Assembly (NCBI GenBank): GCA_048938105.1
Contig: JBHLMN010000006.1
Coordinates: 192,001-256,000, forward strand
DNA from: Promethearchaeota archaeon
Lineage (GTDB): Archaea > Asgardarchaeota > Heimdallarchaeia > Hodarchaeales > Hodarchaeaceae
Reading direction: 5' to 3'
Length of the DNA stretch: 64,000 bases
The translations under genes and the position numbers were made by a program. This document shows, one piece after another, positions 10,330 through 20,736 of this stretch (position 1 is the stretch's first letter; each line of letters opens with the position of its first letter). Below the pieces are notes generated by a model that saw only the letters and a list, made by a program, of their open reading frames with translations, ran no database searches and was not told where the DNA came from.

Positions 10330-10382
10330 AAATTACCATATAAAAGAAGGTAGTGAATTTTTGATGTATGGATTGGAAATGT

Positions 10383-10988
10383 TCAGAAAGTAATGCCTAA
10401 AAACTCACCTATTTTACCTAGATTTTCTTGAGCCTGCATAGCTACATTTTTAAAAAGACTATCACCGTTTGTATCGATACCTACGATTAATGGCCCGAAT
10501 TTATCGACTTCTAGAACCCATAAACATTCAGGAGTTCCAAGATCTAACCAATGAACCTCTTTAACCCTTTTAATCCCTTTAGCAGCGACTACTGCGGCAC
10601 CGCCTACGAAGGCGGTATATATGGCCTTATATTCCTTCATAGCTTTAGCTGTTCTATCACCCATACCACCTTTACCGATAACAACATTCACATTAAAGGT
10701 CTTAATGAATCTGTCTTCAAAAAGATCCATACGGGTTGATGTCGTGGGCCCAGCAGCAACAATTTCCCATTCATCTCCTATTTGTCTCACAACTGGGCCA
10801 CAATGATAAACAGCTAAACCTTCAAAATCAATGGGCATTTTTTCACCTTTTTTTGCCAGGTGTAATGCTCTCTCATGAGCTTCATCTCTAGCAGTGAATA
10901 TTGTTCCCGATATGTAGATAACATCGCCTATCTTAACTTTTTGTACATCTTCTTTTGAAATTGGGGTTGTAAAATGAAATTCAGCCAT
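10383..10988 (-). CDS. fumB: Class I (Fe-S) fumarate hydratase beta subunit
   Basis: TARDEAHER, YHCGP, GPTTSTRM, GKGGM. Lies between the sdh and suc genes. Confidence 0.9.
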   Translation of the reverse strand: MAEFHFTTPISKEDVQKVKIGDVIYISGTIFTARDEAHERALHLAKKGEKMPIDFEGLAVYHCGPVVRQIGDEWEIVAAGPTTSTRMDLFEDRFIKTFNVNVVIGKGGMGDRTAKAMKEYKAIYTAFVGGAAVVAAKGIKRVKEVHWLDLGTPECLWVLEVDKFGPLIVGIDTNGDSLFKNVAMQAQENLGKIGEFLGITF

Positions 10989-10990
10989 GA

Positions 10991-11896
10991 TTATTCCTCC
11001 TTGTGAGTTAGATATTCTACTCGTTTATCTGGGTAGATACGAGCGGTTGATCTTCTAGCAGCCCAGCATTGATAAGCTACAGCAGCAGGTAGGGAAGCTG
11101 GGTGTCGATGAGCATATTCAATCTTTACATCTAACGCTGTAGAGACATCTCCACCTAATCCCATTGCACCAATACCAGTCATATTAATTGCTTTCAAGAG
11201 GTCTTCTTCAAGCTTGGCTATTTCGGGATCAGGATGTCGTTCTCCGATTGGCCGCATTACTTGTTTTTTTGCTAATTTCAACGCGATATCTGCGCCACCA
11301 CCTATACCAACACCAACGACTCCAGGTGGGCAAGGTTGGCCACCTGCGTTTATAATAGTATCAATAACAAACTTTTTTATTCCATTAATTCCTTGGCCTG
11401 GTTTCAACATCCCCAAAGCGCACATATTCTCTGATCCCCCGCCTTTGGGAAATACTGTAATTTCCAGATAATCAGCTCCGGGAATAAAATCATAATTAAT
11501 GAATGGAATATGATTTCCTGTATTGTCCCCAGAATTTCCGCCTACAATAGGATTGACCGCATTTGGTCTTAAAGGAACTTCCTTGGTTGCTCGAACTGAA
11601 GCTTTCCTTAGTGTCTCTTCAATGCCTATAACTTTAGGAAAATTCTCACCAATATTAACATAATATATGTGAATTCCAGTATCTTGACACATTGGAGTAG
11701 ACGTCTCATCTGCTATGGTAAAGTTATCCACAATTGTTTTCAACGCAGCTTTACTTGTTGATTTCGTTTCTTGTTCATACATAGTTTTCAATGCGTCGGA
11801 AACATCTTTTGGTAGTTGAGTTGAGGCAAATTTGTGCAATTTAACAACTACATCTTCAATTATCGTGTTATCGAACGTTTCTGTCATAGTTATCAC
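10991..11896 (-). CDS. fumA: Class I (Fe-S) fumarate hydratase alpha subunit
   Basis: PMCQDTG, KGGGSEN, PCPP, GIGG, QCWAARR. TCA-cluster context favours fumarase over tartrate dehydratase. Confidence 0.9.
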   Translation of the reverse strand: MITMTETFDNTIIEDVVVKLHKFASTQLPKDVSDALKTMYEQETKSTSKAALKTIVDNFTIADETSTPMCQDTGIHIYYVNIGENFPKVIGIEETLRKASVRATKEVPLRPNAVNPIVGGNSGDNTGNHIPFINYDFIPGADYLEITVFPKGGGSENMCALGMLKPGQGINGIKKFVIDTIINAGGQPCPPGVVGVGIGGGADIALKLAKKQVMRPIGERHPDPEIAKLEEDLLKAINMTGIGAMGLGGDVSTALDVKIEYAHRHPASLPAAVAYQCWAARRSTARIYPDKRVEYLTHKEE

Positions 11897-12074
11897 TAAT
11901 CACAAACTATTGTTATATGAAAAACTGATAAAATATTTCTTTTGGTGTAAATAAAAATTCTCTCACTTATAACTTGTAAATACAATGTAGCCTTTCGAGT
12001 TGTTCATTCTTGCCTTGTCAAAATTCACATTGCTATGAAATATGAGAAAGTAGTGAAAAAAAGGAAGTCACGTT

Positions 12075-12815
12075 TTAACGTGACCAAAATTTAAGTGCTT
12101 GCTTCGCTGATTGGCGTTTTAATGCTTGGATAGCTTCTGTAGGATTAAGTTCTTTTGGGCATGCCTCAACACAATTAAATGCAGTATGACAGCGAAAGAC
12201 TCCGTCTTCAGCAGTTACACGTTTTACACGGTTCTTAGTATTTTCATCTCTAGTATCCTTAGTGAAACGGAATGCTTTTAGAAGTGCTCCAGGGCCCAAG
12301 TAATTCTTGTCTGTCCATACTGATACACATGAACTGTGACACGCTCCACATAGAATACATCTAGTTGCTTCTTCGATAATTTTAAAGTCTTCAGGGCTTT
12401 GAATGATTTCATCTTCAGGATCTTTAGAGTGATCCCTTATTAGGAAAGGATTAATAGCAAGTAATTTCTCATAGAAGGGATCCATATCAACTACCAAGTC
12501 TTTTATCACTGGAAAGAATGGTAATGGTTCCAACTTGATTTCTTTTTTGTTTAATTGTAAAACGAGAGTTTCACAAGCTAATTGGTACTTATTATTAACA
12601 AGCATTGCGCAAGATCCACATACGCCTGCACGACAATTGTATCTCATCGAAACGGAGCCATCGTACTTAGCAATGATCTCTTGTACTGCAATTAATACTG
12701 TTGTCCCTTTGTCACAATCTACTTCAAAGCTATCCCAGTATGGTTCATAATCTGTTGCTGGATTGAATCGCTTTATCTTGAAGGTTATTTTTTGAGTTTC
12801 TTTTGTTTCACTCAT
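12075..12815 (-). CDS. sdhB: Succinate dehydrogenase/fumarate reductase iron-sulfur subunit
   Basis: CRAGVCGSC (2Fe-2S), CILCGACHSSC (4Fe-4S), CHTAFNCVEACP (3Fe-4S). Confidence 0.95.
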   Translation of the reverse strand: MSETKETQKITFKIKRFNPATDYEPYWDSFEVDCDKGTTVLIAVQEIIAKYDGSVSMRYNCRAGVCGSCAMLVNNKYQLACETLVLQLNKKEIKLEPLPFFPVIKDLVVDMDPFYEKLLAINPFLIRDHSKDPEDEIIQSPEDFKIIEEATRCILCGACHSSCVSVWTDKNYLGPGALLKAFRFTKDTRDENTKNRVKRVTAEDGVFRCHTAFNCVEACPKELNPTEAIQALKRQSAKQALKFWSR

Positions 12816-12825
12816 TCATTTCACC

Positions 12826-14553
12826 TCAATACGTTCGTTCCTTTGGCTCCCATTTTGTTATAACGACATCTAAGTAGCTCAATTTTGCCTCTCCATCTGC
12901 ATAATTGGCCAATGTATGCTTTAAGAAGTTCTCATCATCTCTCTTGGGATAATCGAGACGCCAATGACATCCTCGACATTCTGTTCGTTTCAATGCACCT
13001 AAACACATAACTTCAGCGACATCAAGCATACCTTCAATAGCAAGTACCCACTCTAATTCTCTATTATATTGTCTGACCTTAGACTTTAAATATGCACCTT
13101 CTTTGAAACGCTTTTTAAGTTCCCTAATCTTATTAAGAGCTTCTGTAAGGGGGCCTTCTTCACGATATACAAAAACCTTGGTCATCATTGTAGCTCTCAT
13201 TTCTTCCATAATTGAGAAGGGATCATCCTTACCTTCACCATTGAACCATCGATCAAGTTTTGCTTCTTGTTTTTGTAATTCTGAAAAAAGGACATTTACA
13301 TCAGATGAGGATGTTACCCCCTTTGCATATTTAGCTGCCTCTAATCCGGCAATTTTTCCCATAACAGCACATTCCAGAAGAGAATTCCCACCTAAACGAT
13401 TAGCACCGTGGACTGATACACAGGAACATTCACCACAAGCAAAAAAGCCCTCTAATTCTTTGCTAGAGCAGTTTTCATCTACATGAATACCCCCCATCAT
13501 ATAGTGAAAACCAGGTTGAACTGGAATAGGATCTTTGATCATATCTTGGTTAGTAAATATTAATGCTAGCTCACGTATCTGAGGAAGACGCTCAAGAATT
13601 TGTTCTGCTGGCAAATGAGTCAAATCAAGGTGGACATAACCATTTTCTTTTGTACCAAATCCTCGTCCTTCAAGAACTTCTTGATAAATTGACCGAGAGA
13701 CAATATCTCTTGGAGCAAGTTCCATTTTCTCTGGCGCGTATTTTTCCATGAAGCGTTCACCCTTATTATTTCGTAAGTAACCACCTTCACCTCGTGCTGC
13801 CTCAGAAATTAGGACATTATTCCCATATAATGTTGTTGGGTGAAATTGAATGAATTCCATATCCTTGAGACCGACACCTGCCCAATAGGCTATTGCCATA
13901 CCAAAAGCGTTACAGCTAAGAGCATTGGATGTTGCTCCATAAACCTGTCCAGCACCACCAGTGGCGAAAATAACTGCATCACATTCCCACATCTCAAGAT
14001 CGCCTGTTCTAAAGTTATAAACAATGAGTCCTTGAACTTTTTTGTCTTTAACTGCTAATCGGGTAACAAGGCGATCTTCATAAACAGAGACACCGAGTTT
14101 GACAGATCTTTCCCAAGCTACATGAAGTACAGAGTGGCCAGTTCGGTCTGCAGCAAAACATGTTCTTGGGTATCCAGCTCCTCCGAAAGGTCTCTGTCCT
14201 ATTCTTCCATCTTCAAACCTTGAAAAAGGACAACCCCAATGTTCTAGTTCATAAACTGTTTCTTTAGCCAAACCTATCATTTTAATGACAGCTGGTTGAT
14301 CAGCCAGATAATCTGAACCTTTAACTGTATCGAAAGCATGTCGTTCAACAGAATCATCCTCTGATTCTGGATTATTGCATAATGGTGCATTAATTCCTCC
14401 TTGAGCTGCAACAGAGTGGCTTCTCACTGGTTGACATATTGAAATAACGGCTACATCTGCTCCAGTTTCTCTGGCAGCTACTGCTGCACGCATTCCAGCC
14501 AGACCTGACCCCACTACGAGTATTGAATGTCTTTGTATCTTCATTTTTATCAC
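12826..14553 (-). CDS. sdhA: Succinate dehydrogenase/fumarate reductase flavoprotein subunit
   Basis: [15 protein letters not shown] (covalent-FAD His), [31 protein letters not shown]. Confidence 0.95.
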   Translation of the reverse strand: MIKMKIQRHSILVVGSGLAGMRAAVAARETGADVAVISICQPVRSHSVAAQGGINAPLCNNPESEDDSVERHAFDTVKGSDYLADQPAVIKMIGLAKETVYELEHWGCPFSRFEDGRIGQRPFGGAGYPRTCFAADRTGHSVLHVAWERSVKLGVSVYEDRLVTRLAVKDKKVQGLIVYNFRTGDLEMWECDAVIFATGGAGQVYGATSNALSCNAFGMAIAYWAGVGLKDMEFIQFHPTTLYGNNVLISEAARGEGGYLRNNKGERFMEKYAPEKMELAPRDIVSRSIYQEVLEGRGFGTKENGYVHLDLTHLPAEQILERLPQIRELALIFTNQDMIKDPIPVQPGFHYMMGGIHVDENCSSKELEGFFACGECSCVSVHGANRLGGNSLLECAVMGKIAGLEAAKYAKGVTSSSDVNVLFSELQKQEAKLDRWFNGEGKDDPFSIMEEMRATMMTKVFVYREEGPLTEALNKIRELKKRFKEGAYLKSKVRQYNRELEWVLAIEGMLDVAEVMCLGALKRTECRGCHWRLDYPKRDDENFLKHTLANYADGEAKLSYLDVVITKWEPKERTY

Positions 14554-15080
14554 TCACCTGCTAAAATCACAATTTCTGGAACAATTAGAATGAATACTAA
14601 AGCTACAAGCCAAGTAATGATCCCTAGGATCAGTAAAATCCAGAAAATTGTTTTTTGACTACGAATTCCTATTCCCAAGTCAAAAAGGACAACCCGAATG
14701 CCATTAAATCCATGATATACAAGAATCGCAATTAAACCTATATCTATCATATATCCGATACTAATAATGTTTTGGATGTTGATAACAATGTTCCCAAATT
14801 CTAGGGGAGCAAGGTCGGGGAAAATTGGTGAATTAACCCAGTGTATTAGGCTATTGTAGAATTGGCCAGCATTTAAGCCCCAAATTGAGTCTACAGCGAG
14901 TGTAAAGATCATTCCGAAATGGAATATTACATAAAATATTAGAAGAAGACCTGTAATTCGTTGAAGTAACCACGCCCACATTCCAATTCCGCGGGCAAAA
15001 GGATTGAACCATTGAAGAAAGTTTGTTGCTTTACTACTCGTATTTATTTGTGAATCATGTAGTTCCTCGTTTTTTGCCAT
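14550..15080 (-). CDS. sdhC: Succinate dehydrogenase cytochrome b membrane subunit
   Basis: WLLQRITG, two conserved His ([12 protein letters not shown]), three TM helices, overlaps the sdhA start. Confidence 0.85.
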   Translation of the reverse strand: MAKNEELHDSQINTSSKATNFLQWFNPFARGIGMWAWLLQRITGLLLIFYVIFHFGMIFTLAVDSIWGLNAGQFYNSLIHWVNSPIFPDLAPLEFGNIVINIQNIISIGYMIDIGLIAILVYHGFNGIRVVLFDLGIGIRSQKTIFWILLILGIITWLVALVFILIVPEIVILAGE

Positions 15081-15086
15081 TAAAAA

Positions 15087-15530
15087 TCACCTTATTCCAA
15101 TACTTGCGACAGTAAGATTCAACCAAAGAGTGTAACTGATAGCCAAAATTCCTATGATTATTAACAAGAATGCGATTAATTTTCGAAGTGTTTGATTTGT
15201 TGTGAGGTCTAATATTACTGTTCGAAATCCATTCAACATGTGAAAGACTAATAGTGTAACCATGCAGAAAGATATTACAAGATACAAAGGTATTCCTAAG
15301 TATGTATATTGCATCTTCCATTGAACTGCTTCAAAAGAAGCAACACCAAATGCCCGTATGTCCTTTGGTAGGAGAGCTGTTAGATAATGATTTGCCAGCA
15401 TGTGAAATAAAATAAAGAAGAATAATAAAAACCCAGAGACCCGCTGGAAAACCCACCAAATTGCACTCCTTGCCTGATGTTTGGGCACAAAACGCTTAAG
15501 TTTACTTTCAGAAGAAATTTCTATTCCCAT
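15087..15530 (-). CDS. sdhD: Succinate dehydrogenase hydrophobic membrane anchor
   Basis: WVFQRVSG, LFHM, FHMLNGFRTVILD, three TM helices. Confidence 0.8.
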   Translation of the reverse strand: MGIEISSESKLKRFVPKHQARSAIWWVFQRVSGFLLFFFILFHMLANHYLTALLPKDIRAFGVASFEAVQWKMQYTYLGIPLYLVISFCMVTLLVFHMLNGFRTVILDLTTNQTLRKLIAFLLIIIGILAISYTLWLNLTVASIGIR

Positions 15531-15869
15531 ATTTTGATCACATCATGTAACTATATTGCGATAGACTTTCAATTTTTACGAATATCGAAAGTTAAAGGCT
15601 CTGTGGAATATATTGGCAACCAGCTAATAGTATCTTATCTTTTTTTTCATTGGAAGGAAAAAAAAAGGCTATTTTTTAAACATAAAATAAATTCAGTTAA
15701 CAATTGTGGACTGATTTTAAAATTAAATTTTCAATTCAAAGCAATTCTGAGTACACAATTGTAAAAAGAAATTACTTGATGATATAGAAGCAAAAAGTGT
15801 CTGGAATATTAGTAGGTGAAAAATTAGGGATTGCCGTTTATCTTCAAGAGAAAATAGATTAAAGATAAA

Positions 15870-15897
15870 AAATGAGATGTGATTAAGAATCTCATTT
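15870..15897 (-). terminator. Hairpin downstream of larA
   Basis: AAATGAGAT-10 nt-ATCTCATTT inverted repeat just after the larA stop, followed by T-rich sequence on the minus strand. Confidence 0.45.
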
Positions 15898-15899
15898 CT

Positions 15900-17258
15900 T
15901 TATCGATTCTTCACATCAATGTAATTCCCAGCATCTGGTAAAACATAAATAAGGGGATCTCGATTCCTTTCTTCTCTGTACTTCTGAATCCATGAACGAA
16001 GACTCTCTTGAATCGTACCTGTTCGTGGGACATATTTCATTTGAAAAACATTTTCAATCTCGTCTTTATCCATTTCAGTGATTATATGACAAGTACAGCG
16101 CTTTAAAATTCGTAGTAAATCGACTACCTTTTGATTACCAATTTTAAAAGTTTCAATACTGCACTTTGTTTCAATAACATGATTCATTGCTTCACCAAGA
16201 TCCATTCCCTTAATTTCTTGCATTGTGTCATAGTAATTCTGAGATCCATGACCAAAAGGGCAGTGAGCAAGTAGTAAAACATTTCCACCTTGTTTAACTG
16301 CATTCCAGCCAGCGTGAAAACCTTTTCCACCTTGGTATAAATTAATACTCAATGCTCCTGTAGATACAATTACTAGATCAGCAGGATCCTCAACTTCAAC
16401 GATTCGAAGGGGTTTTAACGTTTCTAGTACTAATTCATGTAAAGAGTTGATATCTCCTCCGTTAAGAATAACAATATCATCACCCTCCATAACAGCATCG
16501 ATACAGAATACAGGGACTAGTTTCTTGGTAGATTTAGCCATCTCAATCATGTCTTGAATGACTGGATTACCTGTTGTATTCCCTAGACGACATTCTGGTT
16601 TAAATCCATGAACCTTATCAAACATTTGTGGATGATTTCTGGCAATGGTTTCTTTACCAGCACATCCTGGGAAGAAGGATTTAACTGTTCCTGCAACTCC
16701 AGCGAAATAGTGATATTCGCTATCTGAGACAGCAATAACTAATCCAGATTCCAATACATCAATATCAACTTCAATCGGTGTACCTAATGACGAGGTTCCA
16801 AGATTTTTGCAATTTTCATCTTGTTTATGAATTATAACATGATCTTTCCATGCATTGTAAATCTCAGAACCAAGGATTTTATTTTCAAGTAAATCATCAC
16901 TTGGAGGACTATGGGATCCACTTGCGATCATAAGACGAATATCATCTTTATTTACTCCAAAATCAAACAGTTTTTCTAAAAGTATTGGAAGTAAAATCTT
17001 CGTATGCTTATTTGGTCTGGTTGCATCATCCACAAGAATCATTATTCTCGGTCTTGCCCGATTTTTCACCATTTCCTCTAAGGGAGGTGAATCAACAGGA
17101 TTTTTGATGATTTCGTCAAAACGAGCTTGGAGATCTGTGAAAGTACGTTTTGCTTTCTCGGGCTCCAGAACTCGTACATTCAAATCTGCTGGGATGAAAT
17201 CGGAAATCATTTCATCCCCGTATGCTAACGATATATCCTTGTAAGACATAAGTATCAT
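15900..17258 (-). CDS. larA: Nickel-pincer-nucleotide-dependent lactate racemase family protein (LarA homolog)
   Basis: DDATRP, ASGSH, HYFAGVAGTVKSFFPG (His and Lys), NHPQM, NLYQGGKG. Substrate uncertain. Confidence 0.85.
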   Translation of the reverse strand: MILMSYKDISLAYGDEMISDFIPADLNVRVLEPEKAKRTFTDLQARFDEIIKNPVDSPPLEEMVKNRARPRIMILVDDATRPNKHTKILLPILLEKLFDFGVNKDDIRLMIASGSHSPPSDDLLENKILGSEIYNAWKDHVIIHKQDENCKNLGTSSLGTPIEVDIDVLESGLVIAVSDSEYHYFAGVAGTVKSFFPGCAGKETIARNHPQMFDKVHGFKPECRLGNTTGNPVIQDMIEMAKSTKKLVPVFCIDAVMEGDDIVILNGGDINSLHELVLETLKPLRIVEVEDPADLVIVSTGALSINLYQGGKGFHAGWNAVKQGGNVLLLAHCPFGHGSQNYYDTMQEIKGMDLGEAMNHVIETKCSIETFKIGNQKVVDLLRILKRCTCHIITEMDKDEIENVFQMKYVPRTGTIQESLRSWIQKYREERNRDPLIYVLPDAGNYIDVKNR

Positions 17259-17552
17259 CCCTATTAAATCCGTAATTTACAATATTTTATAATAATTTTT
17301 CCTCCAGTGATTTACAAGATGCAAGGAAAAGCAAGTTTCACTTAATATTCTTTTTCTAACCACAATAAAACACAAATGTAATTAGAATGTAGAATACACT
17401 TTTTGTAATAAAATTCTTATTGACTTGACAATTTTTTTGTAACTAAACTAAAGAACCCCCTCACAAGCAAATAAGAGGGAAATTAAATACGTACGGCACT
17501 TCCTGCCTTTTTCTATATTATATTTAGTAACTAGATTTAGAGAGGAAAGAAT

Positions 17553-18836
17553 ATGGCCCAAAAGTCAATATATGAATTTTCAGCAAAAACTTTGTTAATG
17601 TCGGAGTTACCCAAATATTTTCCTGAATATAATTATCATGGAAAACTTGCGGTTATTACTCCTGATACTGACTGGAATAAATTAGTTACCGACCATCCTT
17701 GGCTTAAGACTGATAAGCTTGCAGCAAAGCCTGATCAACTATTTGGGAAACGTGGTAAGGCAAAATTATTATTATTAGATGCAAACTTTGATGAGCTGAA
17801 ATCATTCTGTTCAGATAGATTGAATAAAGAAGTAGAGATTGGGGGTATTAAAGGCACTCTCAACAGATTCTTAGTTGAGCCATTTATCCCACACGAGAAG
17901 GAATTTTATGTTTCAATAACTTCTGATATGGAAAATGACATCATTCACTTCTCTTTTGAAGGAGGTATCTTCGTTGAGGAAAACTGGGATAAGGTTGTGC
18001 ATATTCCTATTCCCATAGGAACTGATATCTCTTCTTTTGACCTAGCAAGTAAATTACCTGATTTAGGTGATCTTAGAGACAAGCTAATACAATTCATCAA
18101 AGGAGTATTTCAAGTCTATGTCGAACAAGATTTCGCTTTCTTGGAAATAAATCCTTTTGCAATCACTGAAGATAAAACAATTGTACCCTTGGATCTAAAG
18201 GCAAAACTTGATGATACTGCTAGCTTTCAACACATTGACACCTGGGGAAACCCAGATAATCCAATAGAATTCCCAAGAGCATTTGGACAAGTATTATCCA
18301 AGGAAGAGCATTTTATTTCTGATTTAGATGAGAAAACAGGGGCTTCATTAAAATTCACTATTTTGAACAGAGACGCCCGAGTATGGACAATGGTAGCAGG
18401 GGGTGGTGGATCAGTTGTATATACAGATACTATAGCTGACATGGGTTTTGCTAAAGAACTAGGTAATTATGGAGAATATTCAGGAAATCCAAATAGAGAG
18501 CATACACAACTTTATGCTCAAACAATCATAGATATTCTGACAGAAAAACCTGATCCTCAAGGACGACCTAAGATTTTACTTATCGGAGGTGGAATTGCGA
18601 ATTTCACCGATGTGAAAGCAACCTTCATGGGTATTGTAGCTGCGTTACGGAATTCTGCAGAAAAACTACGTAAAACCAACGTTAAAATTTACGTCCGACG
18701 AGGCGGACCAAATGAAAAAGAAGGTTTAAAGCTGATGAAGGAAGTTGGGGAAGAAATAGGAGTTCCTATCGAAGTGTTTGATAGATACACTCACATGACA
18801 AAGATTGTTCCATTATCACTTAAAGGAGATAGTTAA
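17553..18836 (+). CDS. aclB: ATP-citrate lyase, small (ATP-grasp/citrate-binding) subunit
   Basis: MAQKSIYE, KPDQLFGKRGK, EINPF, AKLDDTASF, GASLKFTILN, AGGGGSVVYTD, YGEYSGNP, GGGIANFTDV, VRRGGPN. Confidence 0.95.
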   Translation: MAQKSIYEFSAKTLLMSELPKYFPEYNYHGKLAVITPDTDWNKLVTDHPWLKTDKLAAKPDQLFGKRGKAKLLLLDANFDELKSFCSDRLNKEVEIGGIKGTLNRFLVEPFIPHEKEFYVSITSDMENDIIHFSFEGGIFVEENWDKVVHIPIPIGTDISSFDLASKLPDLGDLRDKLIQFIKGVFQVYVEQDFAFLEINPFAITEDKTIVPLDLKAKLDDTASFQHIDTWGNPDNPIEFPRAFGQVLSKEEHFISDLDEKTGASLKFTILNRDARVWTMVAGGGGSVVYTDTIADMGFAKELGNYGEYSGNPNREHTQLYAQTIIDILTEKPDPQGRPKILLIGGGIANFTDVKATFMGIVAALRNSAEKLRKTNVKIYVRRGGPNEKEGLKLMKEVGEEIGVPIEVFDRYTHMTKIVPLSLKGDS

Positions 18837-18849
18837 AGGAGGATAATAA

Positions 18850-20682
18850 ATGACATCAGAACTATTTAAGCGAAGTACACGAGCGATTATTTATGGTTTT
18901 CAACGTAATGCTATTCAACGAATGCTTGACTTCGACTTTGTATGCAAAAGAGAAACTCCTTCCGTTGCTGCGGTAATTAGACCCAGCCAAGCAGGCGCAA
19001 TTGGTTATCACAAGGTGTTTTGGGGGGGGAAAGAAATTGTTATACCAATCTATCGAAAACTGGATCTTGCAGTCAAAAAGCATCCTGACGCGGATGTTTT
19101 GATCAACTTCTCATCATTCCGTTCTGCATATCCAACAACAATGGAAGCACTGAACTTTGATACAATTAAGACCGTAGCAGTAATTGCAGAGGGAATACCA
19201 GAGCGAAGAAGTCGTGAAATGAATAAATTAGCTAGAAGCAAGGGTAAAGTAATAATTGGCCCCGCTACAGTTGGAGGAATACAAGCAGGAGCATTTAAAA
19301 TCGGTAATACGGCAGGAACAATAGAGAATGTTGTTCTTTCAAAACTCTACCGTCCTGGCAGTGTCGGATTTGTATCAAAGAGTGGTGGTATGAGCAATGA
19401 AATGAATTTTGCTATTTCCCAGAACTCCGATGGTATCTATGAAGGAATAGCTATTGGAGGTGACCGTTATGCAGGATCAACATTGCTAGATCATCTACTT
19501 CGGTACGAAGCCAATCCTAAGATTAAAATGATGGTTTGTTTAGGTGAAGTAGGTGGTACTGGAGAAATTAATATAGTAAATGCCGTAAAAGATGGCCGTA
19601 TAACAAAGCCCCTAGTTATGTGGTGTATTGGAACAGCAGCAAGTCTTCTCCCATCAGGTTTACAATTTGGCCACGCTGGTGCAATGGCTGGAAGCGAGAT
19701 GGAAACAGCCAGTGCGAAGAACAAAGCTCTTGCAGAAGTAGGTGTAATAGTTCCTGAATCATATGATGATTTTGGGGACAAGATTAAAGAAACCTTTGAG
19801 AAACTCAAAGCTGAAGGGAAAATTGACCCTATAGAGGATTTCGAACCTCCTGAGTTGCCCATGGATTACGCTAAAGCTGCGAAAGCTGGACTTGTAAGAC
19901 GACCAACAGATGTTGTATGTACGATCAGTGATGAACGGGGAGACGTTCCAATGTTCTCTGGTGTCGGTCTTGACTCAATTGTAGAACAAAATAAATCTCT
20001 TGGATATACTATTGGTCTTCTATGGTTTAAGAGAGAATTACCTAAGTTTGCTCAAGATTATATTGAAATTGTTGTCAAATTAACATCAGATCATGGCCCT
20101 GCAGTTTCTGGAGCTCATAATGCTATTGTTACTGCCCGTGCAGGACGAGATCTGATGTCTTCACTCGCAACTGGGATTCTTACAATAGGTCCAAGATTTG
20201 GTGGAGCAATTTCTGATGCAGCAAAATATATGAAAATGGCCCTTGAAAAGAACATGACTCCTCTAGAATTTGTTGACCACATGAAAAACGTTGTTGGTAT
20301 TAATATTCCTGGTATTGGCCATAGAATCAAATCAGTTCAGAATCCTGATGTACGAGTAAAGCTATTGAAAGAATTCGTTCTTAAAAACTTTGAAAAACAT
20401 CCATATCTTGATTTTGCTCTGGAAGTCGAAAAAATCACGACAGCTAAGAGGAATAATCTAATCCTCAATGTTGATGGCTGTATTGGAATCTGTTTCATGG
20501 ATCTCTTAGAGAACTTGGACTTTTCAGAGGAGGAAAAGAATGATGTTGTTGAAAGCGAAGTTTTGAATGGATTATTCGTACTTGGACGATCAATTGGAAT
20601 GATGGGTCATATCTTCGATCAAAAGAGACAGAGAGCTGCATTATATCGACAACCTTGGGACGAAATACTCTTTGCGGATTAA
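18850..20682 (+). CDS. aclA: ATP-citrate lyase, large subunit (CoA-binding + citryl-CoA lyase domains)
   Basis: QRMLDFDF, GPATVGG, SKSGGMSNE, catalytic QFGHAGA, DHGPAVSGAHN, PGIGHRIKS, LILNVDG. Confidence 0.95.
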   Translation: MTSELFKRSTRAIIYGFQRNAIQRMLDFDFVCKRETPSVAAVIRPSQAGAIGYHKVFWGGKEIVIPIYRKLDLAVKKHPDADVLINFSSFRSAYPTTMEALNFDTIKTVAVIAEGIPERRSREMNKLARSKGKVIIGPATVGGIQAGAFKIGNTAGTIENVVLSKLYRPGSVGFVSKSGGMSNEMNFAISQNSDGIYEGIAIGGDRYAGSTLLDHLLRYEANPKIKMMVCLGEVGGTGEINIVNAVKDGRITKPLVMWCIGTAASLLPSGLQFGHAGAMAGSEMETASAKNKALAEVGVIVPESYDDFGDKIKETFEKLKAEGKIDPIEDFEPPELPMDYAKAAKAGLVRRPTDVVCTISDERGDVPMFSGVGLDSIVEQNKSLGYTIGLLWFKRELPKFAQDYIEIVVKLTSDHGPAVSGAHNAIVTARAGRDLMSSLATGILTIGPRFGGAISDAAKYMKMALEKNMTPLEFVDHMKNVVGINIPGIGHRIKSVQNPDVRVKLLKEFVLKNFEKHPYLDFALEVEKITTAKRNNLILNVDGCIGICFMDLLENLDFSEEEKNDVVESEVLNGLFVLGRSIGMMGHIFDQKRQRAALYRQPWDEILFAD

Positions 20683-20736
20683 GTCCCAATGTCTCTTTTT
20701 ATTTTAAACTAAAAATGAAATATAAGGTGATAAAAA

